A stretch of 64,000 bases of DNA from Bacteriovoracaceae bacterium (GTDB lineage: Bacteria > Bdellovibrionota > Bacteriovoracia > Bacteriovoracales > Bacteriovoracaceae), in NCBI GenBank assembly GCA_965217035.1, contig OZ244226.1, positions 1,408,146 through 1,472,145 on the forward strand, in the 5' to 3' direction. The notes under the pieces were generated by a model. The model was not told where the DNA came from and did no database searches. It saw only the letters and a list, made by a program, of their open reading frames with translations. Positions within the stretch are counted from its first letter, which is position 1. Each line of letters begins with the position of its first letter. Made by a program: the position numbers and the translations under genes. Of the stretch, positions 19,735 through 29,964 are shown piece after piece.

Positions 19735-20756
19735 TTGTTCTCTCCTTGAACAAGTATTTCGATTCTCAAGCGTGCAACAAATGACAAAAACTCTTTATCA
19801 GCTAAAACAATAGATTCAATATCTTGGTTCTGGATCTCTCTCAAAGCCTGAAGAGCTCCATTCAACCGATAAGATATAAACGATTTTAAATAATGATAAT
19901 TTGTATCCAAATCCTTAGTTCTATAATAGTTTTCAAGCTCATTTAAAGCTTCTTTATATCTCGATTCAGAAATATATTGCTCAACAACACTGATTTGAGT
20001 TAACGTTCTTGAAGGAACTAAGTATGAGAAAAAATCTTCAAGCGGTGCTTGTGTAATATATCGAGTCTTTTTTTCTAACTTATCACTGATAGGCACTTCT
20101 AATTTATCCACGAGGACATCGATTCTAATGTCTCTGTTAAGCTCATTTTTTTTCAATTTATGATAAAAGTTATCAAAGTGATTTTTACTCTTCGACTCCG
20201 GAAAAGCTTGGTAATAAGTTAATTCAAGCTTTTCCTCTTTTATCAAATGAAAGTACTTATTAAGAGTTCTTAAAACTCTTTTTTCTTTCGAAGCTATCAA
20301 GCATAACTCTATAATTTTTTGAACTTTTCTAGTTACTGGGATTGGTAGTTTGTAATTATATGAAGTTATGATCTCCTTAATTATTTCAACTTCGAGTTTA
20401 ATGATATTTACTTCATATATTTTAGAGTTATGCGACTTAAGCATTGAAGACATATTTTCCCAGAAGTCTTCATTTAATTCTCTTGTTTCACCAAAGTAGA
20501 TTTTATAAATTTCGTCAAAAGATTCATATAACTCTTTGAAATTATATTCACTTAAAGCTTTTTCAAATTTAATTTGATTCCAAAGGAATGAAACCTTTTT
20601 AGATTTAACATCATCTATATCGAAACTTTCAAATGATGAGAAATTTTTAAACTTTGAAGCAAAGTCTTTATATTTCATCAAACATTGAAAACAATTTTCA
20701 ATGTTTTTATTTTTTTTGTGTTCAGAAAACTCCTCAATCAAGTTGAGTATTTTCAT
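19731..20756 (-). CDS. Helical-repeat hypothetical protein; positional equivalent of SgmX/Bd2492 TPR protein
   Basis: 341-aa helical ORF with AGGAG SD and a TPR-like C-terminus (EQYISESRYKEALNELE). Lies between accC and tamB, with GTGA overlap with tamB. Confidence 0.6.
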   Translation of the reverse strand: MKILNLIEEFSEHKKNKNIENCFQCLMKYKDFASKFKNFSSFESFDIDDVKSKKVSFLWNQIKFEKALSEYNFKELYESFDEIYKIYFGETRELNEDFWENMSSMLKSHNSKIYEVNIIKLEVEIIKEIITSYNYKLPIPVTRKVQKIIELCLIASKEKRVLRTLNKYFHLIKEEKLELTYYQAFPESKSKNHFDNFYHKLKKNELNRDIRIDVLVDKLEVPISDKLEKKTRYITQAPLEDFFSYLVPSRTLTQISVVEQYISESRYKEALNELENYYRTKDLDTNYHYLKSFISYRLNGALQALREIQNQDIESIVLADKEFLSFVARLRIEILVQGENK

Positions 20757-20861
20757 CTCTTTCTCCTGCGTATCTTATTGTAATTATACCGGTTAAGCTC
20801 AATGAAATTTCGCAATGAGAAAAAGTTTCAAGTGAATTTTGTGGTTAAAAACTAAATTGCT

Positions 20862-22202
20862 CTAGTTCTTTAAAAGCTCTTTAATCAAAGAAGTAGAGAA
20901 GTTATTTGATTGAAATTGTTTACTGTCTAAAATTTTTAAATGCAAATCGATATTGGTTTTAATTCCTCCAACAATTGTTTCCTTTAAAGCTCTTTTCATT
21001 CGATTAATACATTGTGTTCGATCTGGAGCAGAAACAATAATTTTAGAAATCATAGAGTCATAAAAGGGAGGCACCTGATAACCAGAGTATATAAAATCAT
21101 CTACTCTAACACCCATCCCTCCTGGCCGATGATAATGATCAATTTTTCCAGGAGAAGGTGCAAATGTCGTTGGGTCTTCTGCATTCAAACGACATTCAAT
21201 TACATGATTATTAAACTCAATTTCATTTTGCGAAATTTCTAATTTTTTACCAGCAGCTACTTTAATTTGTTCACTGATCAAGTCAATCTTACATCTTTCT
21301 TCAGTTACAGGATGTTCTACTTGAATTCGAGTATTCATCTCCATGAAATAATATTTTTTATCTTTCATGTCATAGATGAATTCAACAGTTCCAACTGAAT
21401 CATATTTAACAGCCTTACATAATTTAATAGCGTCTGCGCAAATACTTTTCCTTTGTTCCTCACTCAAGACCAAGGAAGGAGATTCTTCTATAACCTTCTG
21501 GTAGTTTCGCTGAACACTACAATCTCTTTCTCCTAAATGGAGGATTGTTTTGTGGTGATCTGCTAAAATCTGTACTTCAATATGACGAGGACTCTCAATA
21601 TATTTTTCGATGAAAAGAGTTTTATCTCCAAAGGCAGCTTCTGCTTCTCTCTCTAATTTTTTAACGGTTGGTTGCAAATCTGAGACTTTATGAACAATCT
21701 GCATCCCTTTTCCACCACCACCAGCGGAGGCTTTGACAAGAACAGGAAAGCCTAGCTTTTTAACTTCTTTTTCAACTTCTGGTCCATAGTCTTCCACATT
21801 AATTGCTTCCAGAATCGGAACGTCGGCATCTTTTGCTATTTGTTTTGATCGAATTTTATCACCCATCATGTCCAGAGCATTCACGTTGGGACCGATAAAA
21901 GTAATGCCATATTTTTCACACATTTCTGCAAGTTCAGTACTTTCCGAAAGAAAACCATATCCAGGATGAATAGCGTCCGCACCTGTGATCTCAACCGCAG
22001 ACATGATCGCTTGAATATTAAGATAGCTTTGGGCTGATTGAGGAGGCCCTATACAAACTGATTCGTCTGCCATTTTTACATGTAAAGAGTTTTCATCTGC
22101 TGTGGAGTGAATACTAACGGTATCAATACCTAACTCACGACAACTCCTCATCACTCTGATAGCAATTTCTCCACGATTAGCAATGAGTACTTTTTTAAAC
22201 AT
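20862..22202 (-). CDS. accC: Acetyl-CoA carboxylase, biotin carboxylase subunit
   Basis: MFKKVLIANRGEIA, IHPGYGFLSE, GGGGKGM, FMEMNTRIQVEHPVTE. Start reassigned to ATG 22202. Confidence 0.98.
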   Translation of the reverse strand: MFKKVLIANRGEIAIRVMRSCRELGIDTVSIHSTADENSLHVKMADESVCIGPPQSAQSYLNIQAIMSAVEITGADAIHPGYGFLSESTELAEMCEKYGITFIGPNVNALDMMGDKIRSKQIAKDADVPILEAINVEDYGPEVEKEVKKLGFPVLVKASAGGGGKGMQIVHKVSDLQPTVKKLEREAEAAFGDKTLFIEKYIESPRHIEVQILADHHKTILHLGERDCSVQRNYQKVIEESPSLVLSEEQRKSICADAIKLCKAVKYDSVGTVEFIYDMKDKKYYFMEMNTRIQVEHPVTEERCKIDLISEQIKVAAGKKLEISQNEIEFNNHVIECRLNAEDPTTFAPSPGKIDHYHRPGGMGVRVDDFIYSGYQVPPFYDSMISKIIVSAPDRTQCINRMKRALKETIVGGIKTNIDLHLKILDSKQFQSNNFSTSLIKELLKN

Positions 22203-22203
22203 T

Positions 22204-22635
22204 TTAGTCTTTTGAAATCTTGAAAAGTGGTTGATCAAATTCAACAAAACTTTCGTTTTCGACACAAATTTCTACCAATGTCCCAGAAGTGTCTGCTTCG
22301 ATTTCATTCATGATTTTCATAGCTTCAAGAATGCATAAAGTTTGACCTTTAGACACTCTATCTCCGACATTAACATAAGCTGGTTCACCTGGGCCCGAAG
22401 AGCTATAAAATGTCCCAACAAACGGGGCTTTTATGACATGATCGTTATCAATGGATGCTTCTTTCTGAGCATTAGATGGACTCGCTATAGGTGCTTGAAC
22501 CGCAACTCTTGGAGCAGCCGCCAGACCTGTTTCAAATGAAACAGAGAGTTTTGTTCCATCATTTTCATAGCTAAGTTTAGAGACTTGTCCTTCTTTCGCT
22601 ACATCTATAAATTTTTTAATTTTTTTTAAATCCAT
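22204..22635 (-). CDS. accB: Biotin carboxyl carrier protein
   Basis: APFVGTFY and biotinylation motif LEAMKIMNEI. Confidence 0.97.
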   Translation of the reverse strand: MDLKKIKKFIDVAKEGQVSKLSYENDGTKLSVSFETGLAAAPRVAVQAPIASPSNAQKEASIDNDHVIKAPFVGTFYSSSGPGEPAYVNVGDRVSKGQTLCILEAMKIMNEIEADTSGTLVEICVENESFVEFDQPLFKISKD

Positions 22636-23201
22636 TAAGCTTTGCCTCGCTCCACGTATTCACCTGTTCGAGTGTCAATTTTTAAAAGTTCACCTTCTTC
22701 TATAAAAAGCGGAACATTTACCTGAAGTCCCGTTTCCATAATCGCTTTCTTCGAACCACCACTTGCAGTGTCCCCCTTTAAACCAGGATCTGTTTCTGCT
22801 ACTTTTAAAACAACAAAGTTTGGAAGTTCTAGAGAAATTGGCCTTTCATTATAAAAAAGGACATCCACCTTCATTCCTTCTTGAAGAAAATCTTTCGCAT
22901 CACCTACGACATCGAAATTTAAGTTAATTGATTCAAAAGTTTTCTGATCCATGAAATTAAATCCGTCTGAATCGCCGTAAGTATATTCCATTTCTCTGTC
23001 ATCGAGATCTGGCTTATCAAAAGAATCAACACCCGATTTGTAAGTCTTTTCAATCAGTTGACCCGTTTCAAGGTTTTTTAATTTTGTTCGTACAAATGCT
23101 GAACCCTTACCAGGGTTTGTATGTTTAAAATCAATGATGACATAAGGCTTACCATCAATTTCTAGTTTTAAGTTCTTACGAAAATCACTTGTTTTATACA
23201 T
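22635..23201 (-). CDS. efp: Elongation factor P
   Basis: PGKGSAFVRTKLKN, PGLKGDT, VPLFIEEGE, DTRTGEYVER. Confidence 0.98.
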   Translation of the reverse strand: MYKTSDFRKNLKLEIDGKPYVIIDFKHTNPGKGSAFVRTKLKNLETGQLIEKTYKSGVDSFDKPDLDDREMEYTYGDSDGFNFMDQKTFESINLNFDVVGDAKDFLQEGMKVDVLFYNERPISLELPNFVVLKVAETDPGLKGDTASGGSKKAIMETGLQVNVPLFIEEGELLKIDTRTGEYVERGKA

Positions 23202-23209
23202 CCTCTCTC

Positions 23210-23650
23210 CTAAGATGAAAGCTCAGTAAGGATATACCAAGCCGCGGCATAATAAGCCTTTTCACCAAGTCCTTCCATTATGAAATCTGCTGCTTCAGCA
23301 GTCAATAAGGAGTGACGCTTCTTCTCGCGAGCATAAATATTGGTCAAATGAACCTCTGCTATAGGTTTTCCTACTACTTTTAGTGCATCTCTAATTGCGA
23401 GGCTTGTATGGGAAAAAGCTCCTGGATTAATAATCAAAGCATTATGATTAGGAGAACCATGAAACTCTTGAATTTTTTCAATAATTTCTGACTCGAAATT
23501 AGATTGAAACCAATCAAGTTCAATATTTTGCCCCTTTAATTTCTCTTCAGTTATTTTTTGGATCTGCTCCAAACTAAGGTTTCCATAAAGAGATTTTTCT
23601 CTATTTCCTAGAAGGTTTAAATTTGGTCCATTGATAATCAGAATTTTCAA
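23210..23650 (-). CDS. aroQ: Type II 3-dehydroquinate dehydratase
   Basis: INGPNLNLLGNRE, INPGAFSHTSLAIRDA, EVHLTNIYARE. Start reassigned to TTG 23650. Confidence 0.95.
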   Translation of the reverse strand: MKILIINGPNLNLLGNREKSLYGNLSLEQIQKITEEKLKGQNIELDWFQSNFESEIIEKIQEFHGSPNHNALIINPGAFSHTSLAIRDALKVVGKPIAEVHLTNIYAREKKRHSLLTAEAADFIMEGLGEKAYYAAAWYILTELSS

Positions 23651-23651
23651 A

Positions 23652-24575
23652 TTAAGCTCTTGTATATATCTCTGCTCTTGCTCGAATTTTTGCAAGAAAG
23701 CCTAAATACTTCTTTTCAAGTCTCTTATAATAACTTTCAGGTTGATCGCCAAGCTTCGCCATGACTTGTTCAAGCTTATTTCGTGATTTTTCATCATTCG
23801 GATCGGCTTCAATGATTTTTTCGAGAAGATCTTTAGCTTTTGGATAATGTTTTTGAGCAATATAAATATCGACAAGAGTATGGGTCACAAAAGGCTCATC
23901 TTCTTCTGATAAAACAGATTCGACACCATCATCTGCTGCAGGTATTGAATCTTTAACCAGTTCTTTAACTGGTTCTTTATCTGTTAAGTTATCTTTATTC
24001 ATCGCCCAATTATCAAGCTGGTCTTCTTCACTGAGTGGCTCTTGGACTGTCTCATTTGTTTCGTTTTGTGAAAGATCGATTGCAACCCAGTCCTCTTCAA
24101 CTGTTTGCTCTATTGCTAGGGGTGAGCTTTCATCATGAATAATTTCAAACTTTTCTTTAAGCTTTGATGACTCTTCTAGTTCTGCTACTTTAACTGCAGC
24201 TTCTTCACTATAAGGGTTAAGGAATAAAACATTTTTAAAAGCATTCAAAGCCTCATCTTCAAGACTTAGTTTTAAACAGACTTCGGCAAAAAGTTGATAG
24301 AGCTTAAGATTATCGACATGTTTCTCTGTAATCGGCTTTAATATCTCATAAGACTTATTAAACTCTTGCATATCATAATAACAATTCCCAAGAACAAGAA
24401 GAGCTAATTGATAATTTGAATGAAATTTTAACCCCTCTTTCAAGGTTTTAAGTGCTTCATCCAACATTCCTATTTTTCGATAAGTTTCCGCGAGTGGAGC
24501 AAAAACTCTACTTCGCGGATTTTTTTTGTATTGATTTAAATATTTTGAAAGTAGGTTGTTTAAACTATCACTCAC
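23652..24575 (-). CDS. Tetratricopeptide repeat protein
   Basis: N-terminal TPRs (SRVFAPLAETYRKIGMLDEA), acidic linker and C-terminal THTLVDIYIAQKHYPKA repeat. Confidence 0.85.
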   Translation of the reverse strand: MSDSLNNLLSKYLNQYKKNPRSRVFAPLAETYRKIGMLDEALKTLKEGLKFHSNYQLALLVLGNCYYDMQEFNKSYEILKPITEKHVDNLKLYQLFAEVCLKLSLEDEALNAFKNVLFLNPYSEEAAVKVAELEESSKLKEKFEIIHDESSPLAIEQTVEEDWVAIDLSQNETNETVQEPLSEEDQLDNWAMNKDNLTDKEPVKELVKDSIPAADDGVESVLSEEDEPFVTHTLVDIYIAQKHYPKAKDLLEKIIEADPNDEKSRNKLEQVMAKLGDQPESYYKRLEKKYLGFLAKIRARAEIYTRA

Positions 24576-24582
24576 AGAGAAC

Positions 24583-26316
24583 CTACTCTATGCTTGCTTG
24601 AATATTTTCGCCGGCTTTAATAATCCTTGGAGTGATAAAAACAACAAGCTCTCTTCTCGTTTCTTCAGTATTTAAACCACTTTTGAATAGCCATCCTAAA
24701 AGAGGAATTTTTCTTAACCATGGAATTCCTCTTTCTTCTTCACTATTTCTTGTTTTATAAAGACCTCCAATAACAACTGTCGATCCATTATCAACTAAGA
24801 CATTTGTATTCAAGCTATTTGCGATGATGTCTTCATCGACCGCACCAAAGTCATCTTTTTGAATTTTGATCTCAAGACCAATTGAACCATCATTACTAAT
24901 CTGTGGAGTAACCTCAAGTGAAAGACTCGCATTTAGCGTCACAATGTTTGGAAGTGGTGGTCCACCTCCTGGGTCAGGGATAGAGCCTAATTCTCTATTT
25001 CGAGTTTCCGTTGTATTGATTGTTGCTGCTTGGTTATTTTGAGTAACAACTCTAGGAGAAGAAATAATTTTTAAATTTTGCTCTGTCTCTTGAAGATTTA
25101 AAAGGAAGTTAAGATTAAACTTATCATCTAAAACCGCCAAGGTTCCACTCATAGATCCTGATGCTGGATTTAAAGTAAAACTTGAAGAAGTCGCTGTCGC
25201 CCCGCTTTCATTATAATCTAATTGCAAACCACCTGTTTCGTTACTGAAACCAAGATTAAAAAGATTACTTTCTTCAACTTCAACTATCTTAGCTTCAATA
25301 AGAACTTGTGGAGTTGGTGTATCCAGAAGTTCGATAATTTTTCTCATCTTCTCAATATTTTCAACTGTATCTTTAATGATAAGATTATTTGTTCTTGCAT
25401 CACTTAAAGTTTCACCATTATTACTTTTATATTTTGAAAGCACTGGAATAATTTCTGTTATCTTTGCAAAACTTAAAGGAAAAACTTTTGTAACCAACGG
25501 ATCAGCCTTTTTTCGTTTTTCTTCTGCCTTAACTGCTGCTTCTTTTTCAGCTATGTCCTTTTCTTCAGTTTTGATTTGTAGAATATTGGCATGTTTAGCA
25601 CCAACTAACTTATTAAGTTTAAGTATTGTATCAAGTGCTTCATCCCAAGGAGTATTCGTAAGAGAAATAGTCATATTTGGTCTTTGAGTTACATCAGCAT
25701 CAATAATAATATTAAAACCAGATGTATCTGCAATCATATTAAGAAGCTCTGTAATAGGTAGATTTTTTACGTTGATCGTGATTCGTCGACCAACATATTT
25801 CTTATTACCTGCAAGCGTAAGATTATCAAGAATGTCTTGAACACTATTAGATTTTGGTATATTTAATCCTCTACTATTTTCAGTCTTTTCATCTAAGGTA
25901 GAATCAGAATTATCTGCAAAAACACCAAAACGATTTTCAATATCAAGAATTACTTTGTTTTCTAATAGACTTAATCTCGACTGGACATTATCTCTTAACT
26001 GAACAACGAAACGTATTTCACCCGGAACTTGCTCTTTTCTAAATGCTGAAATATATACAGTACTTCCTGAAAACTCAGAAGTATCGATTGCTCTCAATGT
26101 TCTATTTTCAGCCTTCACACCTTTAAAATCGAGTAGAATTTGCTTGTTATCAATCACATGAAACTTTTCAGCGACAACTTGACCAGATGTTGAAATGATT
26201 AACTTGCTAATTTCGCCGTCTTGGACAAAACTAACTTTTGAAATTTCAACTTCTGCCAAAGCAAAACTTGAGATGAATATTGATAGAATTAGTGACAGGA
26301 CAATTCTAAAACGCAT
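24583..26316 (-). CDS. pilQ: Type IVa pilus secretin
   Basis: Signal peptide, AMIN-like N-terminus, PWDEALD, DARTNNLII, PQVLIEAKIVE, GIPWLRKIPLLGWLF, ELVVFITPRII. Confidence 0.96.
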   Translation of the reverse strand: MRFRIVLSLILSIFISSFALAEVEISKVSFVQDGEISKLIISTSGQVVAEKFHVIDNKQILLDFKGVKAENRTLRAIDTSEFSGSTVYISAFRKEQVPGEIRFVVQLRDNVQSRLSLLENKVILDIENRFGVFADNSDSTLDEKTENSRGLNIPKSNSVQDILDNLTLAGNKKYVGRRITINVKNLPITELLNMIADTSGFNIIIDADVTQRPNMTISLTNTPWDEALDTILKLNKLVGAKHANILQIKTEEKDIAEKEAAVKAEEKRKKADPLVTKVFPLSFAKITEIIPVLSKYKSNNGETLSDARTNNLIIKDTVENIEKMRKIIELLDTPTPQVLIEAKIVEVEESNLFNLGFSNETGGLQLDYNESGATATSSSFTLNPASGSMSGTLAVLDDKFNLNFLLNLQETEQNLKIISSPRVVTQNNQAATINTTETRNRELGSIPDPGGGPPLPNIVTLNASLSLEVTPQISNDGSIGLEIKIQKDDFGAVDEDIIANSLNTNVLVDNGSTVVIGGLYKTRNSEEERGIPWLRKIPLLGWLFKSGLNTEETRRELVVFITPRIIKAGENIQASIE

Positions 26317-26360
26317 GGGATGTACCTCTTCCGTAAGGTTATATCTATATTCTAGAAAAC

Positions 26361-26801
26361 TTATTTTGAAATAGGAACTACTGTTTCGAGGTATTCTGTC
26401 TGACCATAAACGTTGGTTACTTTTTCGACAAAAATAACACCAGAAGGTAGTATAGCTTTTAACTCAACTGTTCCATTTGCTATTAAAGATCCTTCTGAAA
26501 GCATATATGTAGGAGTCTTCTCTCCCACCCCAGCAGTCAGAATGACTCTCCTCTTTTTTCCCATCAAAATACCTTTGACTCTAACATTTTCCAATGCGAT
26601 AGCATCTGGCCGTAAAAGATTACTAAAAACTCCTTCTTTGAGTTTCGTTTCCAATTCTCCCTGACCTTGCTGTGACTTTGGTGCCTTAAAAGGGTCTCGA
26701 AGTTTAAGAGCATTTTTTATTGCTGTGTTGTCTTCAATAAACCTTTTTTGAGAAAAAACAGAAAATGAAGATAAAGCTAATATAATGAGCATATATTTCA
26801 T
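26361..26801 (-). CDS. pilP: Type IV pilus alignment protein PilP-like
   Basis: LRDPF motif and position between pilO and pilQ. Confidence 0.78.
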   Translation of the reverse strand: MKYMLIILALSSFSVFSQKRFIEDNTAIKNALKLRDPFKAPKSQQGQGELETKLKEGVFSNLLRPDAIALENVRVKGILMGKKRRVILTAGVGEKTPTYMLSEGSLIANGTVELKAILPSGVIFVEKVTNVYGQTEYLETVVPISK

Positions 26802-27406
26802 TTTTTCTTTCCTCCTTTAAGGTCTTCCTTTTTCTCTTGATAGTTTTCGTTATAATGAAAGGTTTCAATAATCGCGTTCGCAAGAATAAGTTTATGCCTA
26901 CCAGATTTACGTTTTGCCTTATCCTCTATTTTTATTTTTTTTATATTGAAAACTCTCTCCGCGAGAGAAAGTTTTTCAAAGAAAATTAAAAATTGCAGAT
27001 AGGTTCCCTCTGCTTGAAATTCAAGAGCATTTGTAAAGTAAATTCCTCCTGAGTTTTCTATTTCATAGCTCGGTTTAAAACTTACTTGTTGAATATTTAG
27101 TTTTTTGGCATCAACCGATAACTCGTCAAGAATATCCGTTTTCACTTTAAGAGGCGGAATTTTGAATTTAATTTCTTTAATCTGATTCTCAAAATCTGCA
27201 ATTGCTTTTTCGACAGAATTAATCTGTGGAATAAAATCCTTAACCTCATCTACTTTCTTCTTTAACCTCTTATTTTGCATTTTCTTCGCATTTATTTGCC
27301 CCCTAAGAGACTCTATCCTCTCTTCATGAGATTCAAAATCAGTATAGGTTCCGTATGCTCCCATGAGGAGGATTGCGAAAGGAAGAATTTTTAATAATAC
27401 ATCCAT
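26798..27406 (-). CDS. pilO: Type IV pilus alignment protein PilO
   Basis: TM, coiled coil, then GTYLQFLIFFEKLSLAERVFNI. Confidence 0.88.
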   Translation of the reverse strand: MDVLLKILPFAILLMGAYGTYTDFESHEERIESLRGQINAKKMQNKRLKKKVDEVKDFIPQINSVEKAIADFENQIKEIKFKIPPLKVKTDILDELSVDAKKLNIQQVSFKPSYEIENSGGIYFTNALEFQAEGTYLQFLIFFEKLSLAERVFNIKKIKIEDKAKRKSGRHKLILANAIIETFHYNENYQEKKEDLKGGKKK

Positions 27407-27409
27407 TTT

Positions 27410-28009
27410 TTATTCAAACTTTACGATCGACGCGCTTAGGGTAAACTCCTGGACTCGTGAACCTTTTATATCTTTACTTTTATAATCATCGAGAGTCACC
27501 CTTTGACCAAAGAAAATCGATTGCTCAAGGCTTTCTCTCAGCTTTCCAATACTCTTGAATGAAATTGCATTTCCTTTCAAGCTAAACTTCATACCTTCAA
27601 CTGTTATCTCTCTTAGCCAAATATCTTCCGGAATATTTTCGGAAATATACAGCATAATTTTCATTGGATTATTTCTTCGTTCTATAACGCTGTTAACGAC
27701 ATTAAGCCTCTTTTTAATTGAAGCTTCTTTAGATTTTAAATCCTCAAGTTGCCGTGAATAATCTGCCATACTTTTTTGTTCTTCCTTTAATTTCGCAGCA
27801 ACAGTATTAAGCTGCTTCAATTGAGTTTCAAAAACAGAGCGCTCTTCTACCCAAATATCATTGAAATAAAGAAAACCAGGGCCATAACCAAGTACTACAC
27901 AGATAATGATCATTTTGAGATTAAGTCCACTAAAATCAACATTAGCAACAAACTCGTTACCACCCGAGGCAGTCGACTTCCCTGTAGCTTTTAAGTTAAC
28001 CTTAATCAA
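27410..28009 (-). CDS. pilN: Type IV pilus alignment protein PilN
   Basis: MIKVNL PilM-binding motif, TM, coiled coil, IPEDIWL, LKGNA. Confidence 0.9.
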   Translation of the reverse strand: MIKVNLKATGKSTASGGNEFVANVDFSGLNLKMIIICVVLGYGPGFLYFNDIWVEERSVFETQLKQLNTVAAKLKEEQKSMADYSRQLEDLKSKEASIKKRLNVVNSVIERRNNPMKIMLYISENIPEDIWLREITVEGMKFSLKGNAISFKSIGKLRESLEQSIFFGQRVTLDDYKSKDIKGSRVQEFTLSASIVKFE

Positions 28010-28021
28010 TGGTGGTTTCTC

Positions 28022-29086
28022 CTAATCAAAATTTCTCAAACCAAGCCCAATAGCAGAGGCTCCACAATAAGTAATATATTCAACAAGTTTTTCATCCAGT
28101 CCCTTATGTTGAATTCTCCGCAAGGGATCCATTACTTCAATCGATAAATCGAGCGAAGATGAAAGACCTTCAAAAATACCCGGTAACTGAACACTCCCTC
28201 CAGTAACAAAACAATGGTAAATTCTATCTTTTGAACTCGCTGATGTATAAAAAGTCACTGCATCAGAAACTTTCGTAAGAATACTTTGAACGACCTTTCC
28301 AACAGCACTCATCACCTCTTGAGGTGGGTTACCAGACTCTGTTTTAGTTTTTTTGAGATCTTCAGCTTCGAGAAAATCAAGACCAACTTCTTTTTGAATT
28401 TCCTCGGTTGCATTAACTCCACCAACTAAAATAGATTTTGCTAATAACGGAGCTCCATTTTTATAAACGATAACTTTAGTCCCTTGAGCTCCAAAATCAA
28501 TGAGAAGAGTTCCCTTACGGTATTCATTCAAGTACTCTTGATAGTTATATTCAAAAGCATTAATCAATGCGAGTACTTGAAGATCAATCTTTTTAGCCTT
28601 AACTCCTGCCGAATTAAAAAGAGTCTCATAATCCATAATAGAAGGAATTTTAGCCGCGGCCATAATGACATCACGTTGATCTTCATTTTTTTTATCCATG
28701 ATATGCATTGAGATCTCTGCATTTTCAATTCCAAACGGGATAAACTGCTCAGCTTCCCAATTGATAAAATCTTCAATATCTTCTCGACTTCCTTCTGGAG
28801 CCTTCATTAGTTTTACAACACAAGTTGAACCAGTAAGTCCAAAACAGAAATCTTTGGTCGCAACTTTTCCACTTTTCATACTGGAGCGAATTGCCTCAAT
28901 CACTTCAGCTTTGTTATTGATTTCTTCTTCAAAAATCGCTGACTCACTTAGCTTTTCAAACCCAAAAGCTTTCAACGCATACATGCCTTTACGCCCCTTG
29001 CTAAGCAAGCACATTTTAACAGCACTTTGGCCTATATCGAGACCCGCAATGTTTCCACCGCTAAGTAAGGAAGAAAGCATGTTCAT
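28022..29086 (-). CDS. pilM: Type IV pilus actin-like protein PilM
   Basis: GLDIGQSAVK, EAEQFIPF, LIDFGA, VTGGS, AIGLGLR. Confidence 0.95.
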   Translation of the reverse strand: MNMLSSLLSGGNIAGLDIGQSAVKMCLLSKGRKGMYALKAFGFEKLSESAIFEEEINNKAEVIEAIRSSMKSGKVATKDFCFGLTGSTCVVKLMKAPEGSREDIEDFINWEAEQFIPFGIENAEISMHIMDKKNEDQRDVIMAAAKIPSIMDYETLFNSAGVKAKKIDLQVLALINAFEYNYQEYLNEYRKGTLLIDFGAQGTKVIVYKNGAPLLAKSILVGGVNATEEIQKEVGLDFLEAEDLKKTKTESGNPPQEVMSAVGKVVQSILTKVSDAVTFYTSASSKDRIYHCFVTGGSVQLPGIFEGLSSSLDLSIEVMDPLRRIQHKGLDEKLVEYITYCGASAIGLGLRNFD

Positions 29087-29138
29087 AAGGTTAATTCACC
29101 ATAAATAATTTTAATTTTTCACGTTAATTGCTCTCTCA

Positions 29139-29168
29139 ATTATATCTTTTGAAAATACGGTAATTCAA
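29139..29168 (-). promoter_or_regulatory. Sigma70-type promoter candidate for pilMNOPQ
   Basis: Minus strand TTGAAT-N18-TATAAT in the pilD-pilM gap. Confidence 0.5.
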
Positions 29169-29172
29169 CTAT

Positions 29173-29964
29173 TTAGAATGTTGATAAACTGAGAACTAAC
29201 TCATTAAACCACACCATAAACTGAGTAAAATTGTCAGGAAAGAAAATCTGCCAACTTCCAATAATAAGTATCGATGGTCCAAAGGGAGCAGGCTGGTCTT
29301 TTTTAATTTTCCCAGAAACTATGAGCATTATCATAATGAATGTCCCAAGAAAGCAGCTCAAGAAAATGTTTTGCAAGATCCCCAATGGTCCCAAGATCAG
29401 ACCTAAAACTCCATAGAGCTTAATGTCTCCTCCTCCCATTCCTACTTTTCCCTTCCAATAATAAAACAAAAGAGTAATTCCGAAGGTTCCACCAAAACCA
29501 ATAGCTGCTCCAATCAAAGAAAGCTTCCACTCTCCCGTTAGACTCACCATTATCAATGCCACCGCAAGAAGAATGAAGTTTAAAGAATCTGGTAAAATCG
29601 AGTGATCAAGATCAATAAAAAAATGACAAATAAAAATGGCCCAGATAACACAAAACAGGAAAAGTTCTAAGCTCACTCCATACTTTATAAAAAGAAAAGA
29701 AACCCCTAAGCCCATCAGGAGCTCCACAACAAAATAACGTGGTTTGATTTTTTCTTTACAAAAAGCACATTTTCCAAAAAGAAACAAATAAGAAAAAAGA
29801 GGTATATTGTGGTACCAGCTTAATTGTCTTTTGCATTTTGGACAGTGAGATCTTTCAAAGACTAAGTCTTTTTTTATAGGAAGTCTGTGTATGACAACGT
29901 TTAAAAAACTTCCAAAAGCTGCTCCAATATAAAACACATAAAAATTTATTATATCCTCGGTCAA
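29173..29964 (-). CDS. pilD: Prepilin peptidase/N-methyltransferase
   Basis: GSFLNVVIHRLP, SHCPKC, GKCAFC, IDLDHSILPD, GMGGGDIKL, PFGP. Confidence 0.97.
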   Translation of the reverse strand: MTEDIINFYVFYIGAAFGSFLNVVIHRLPIKKDLVFERSHCPKCKRQLSWYHNIPLFSYLFLFGKCAFCKEKIKPRYFVVELLMGLGVSFLFIKYGVSLELFLFCVIWAIFICHFFIDLDHSILPDSLNFILLAVALIMVSLTGEWKLSLIGAAIGFGGTFGITLLFYYWKGKVGMGGGDIKLYGVLGLILGPLGILQNIFLSCFLGTFIMIMLIVSGKIKKDQPAPFGPSILIIGSWQIFFPDNFTQFMVWFNELVLSLSTF

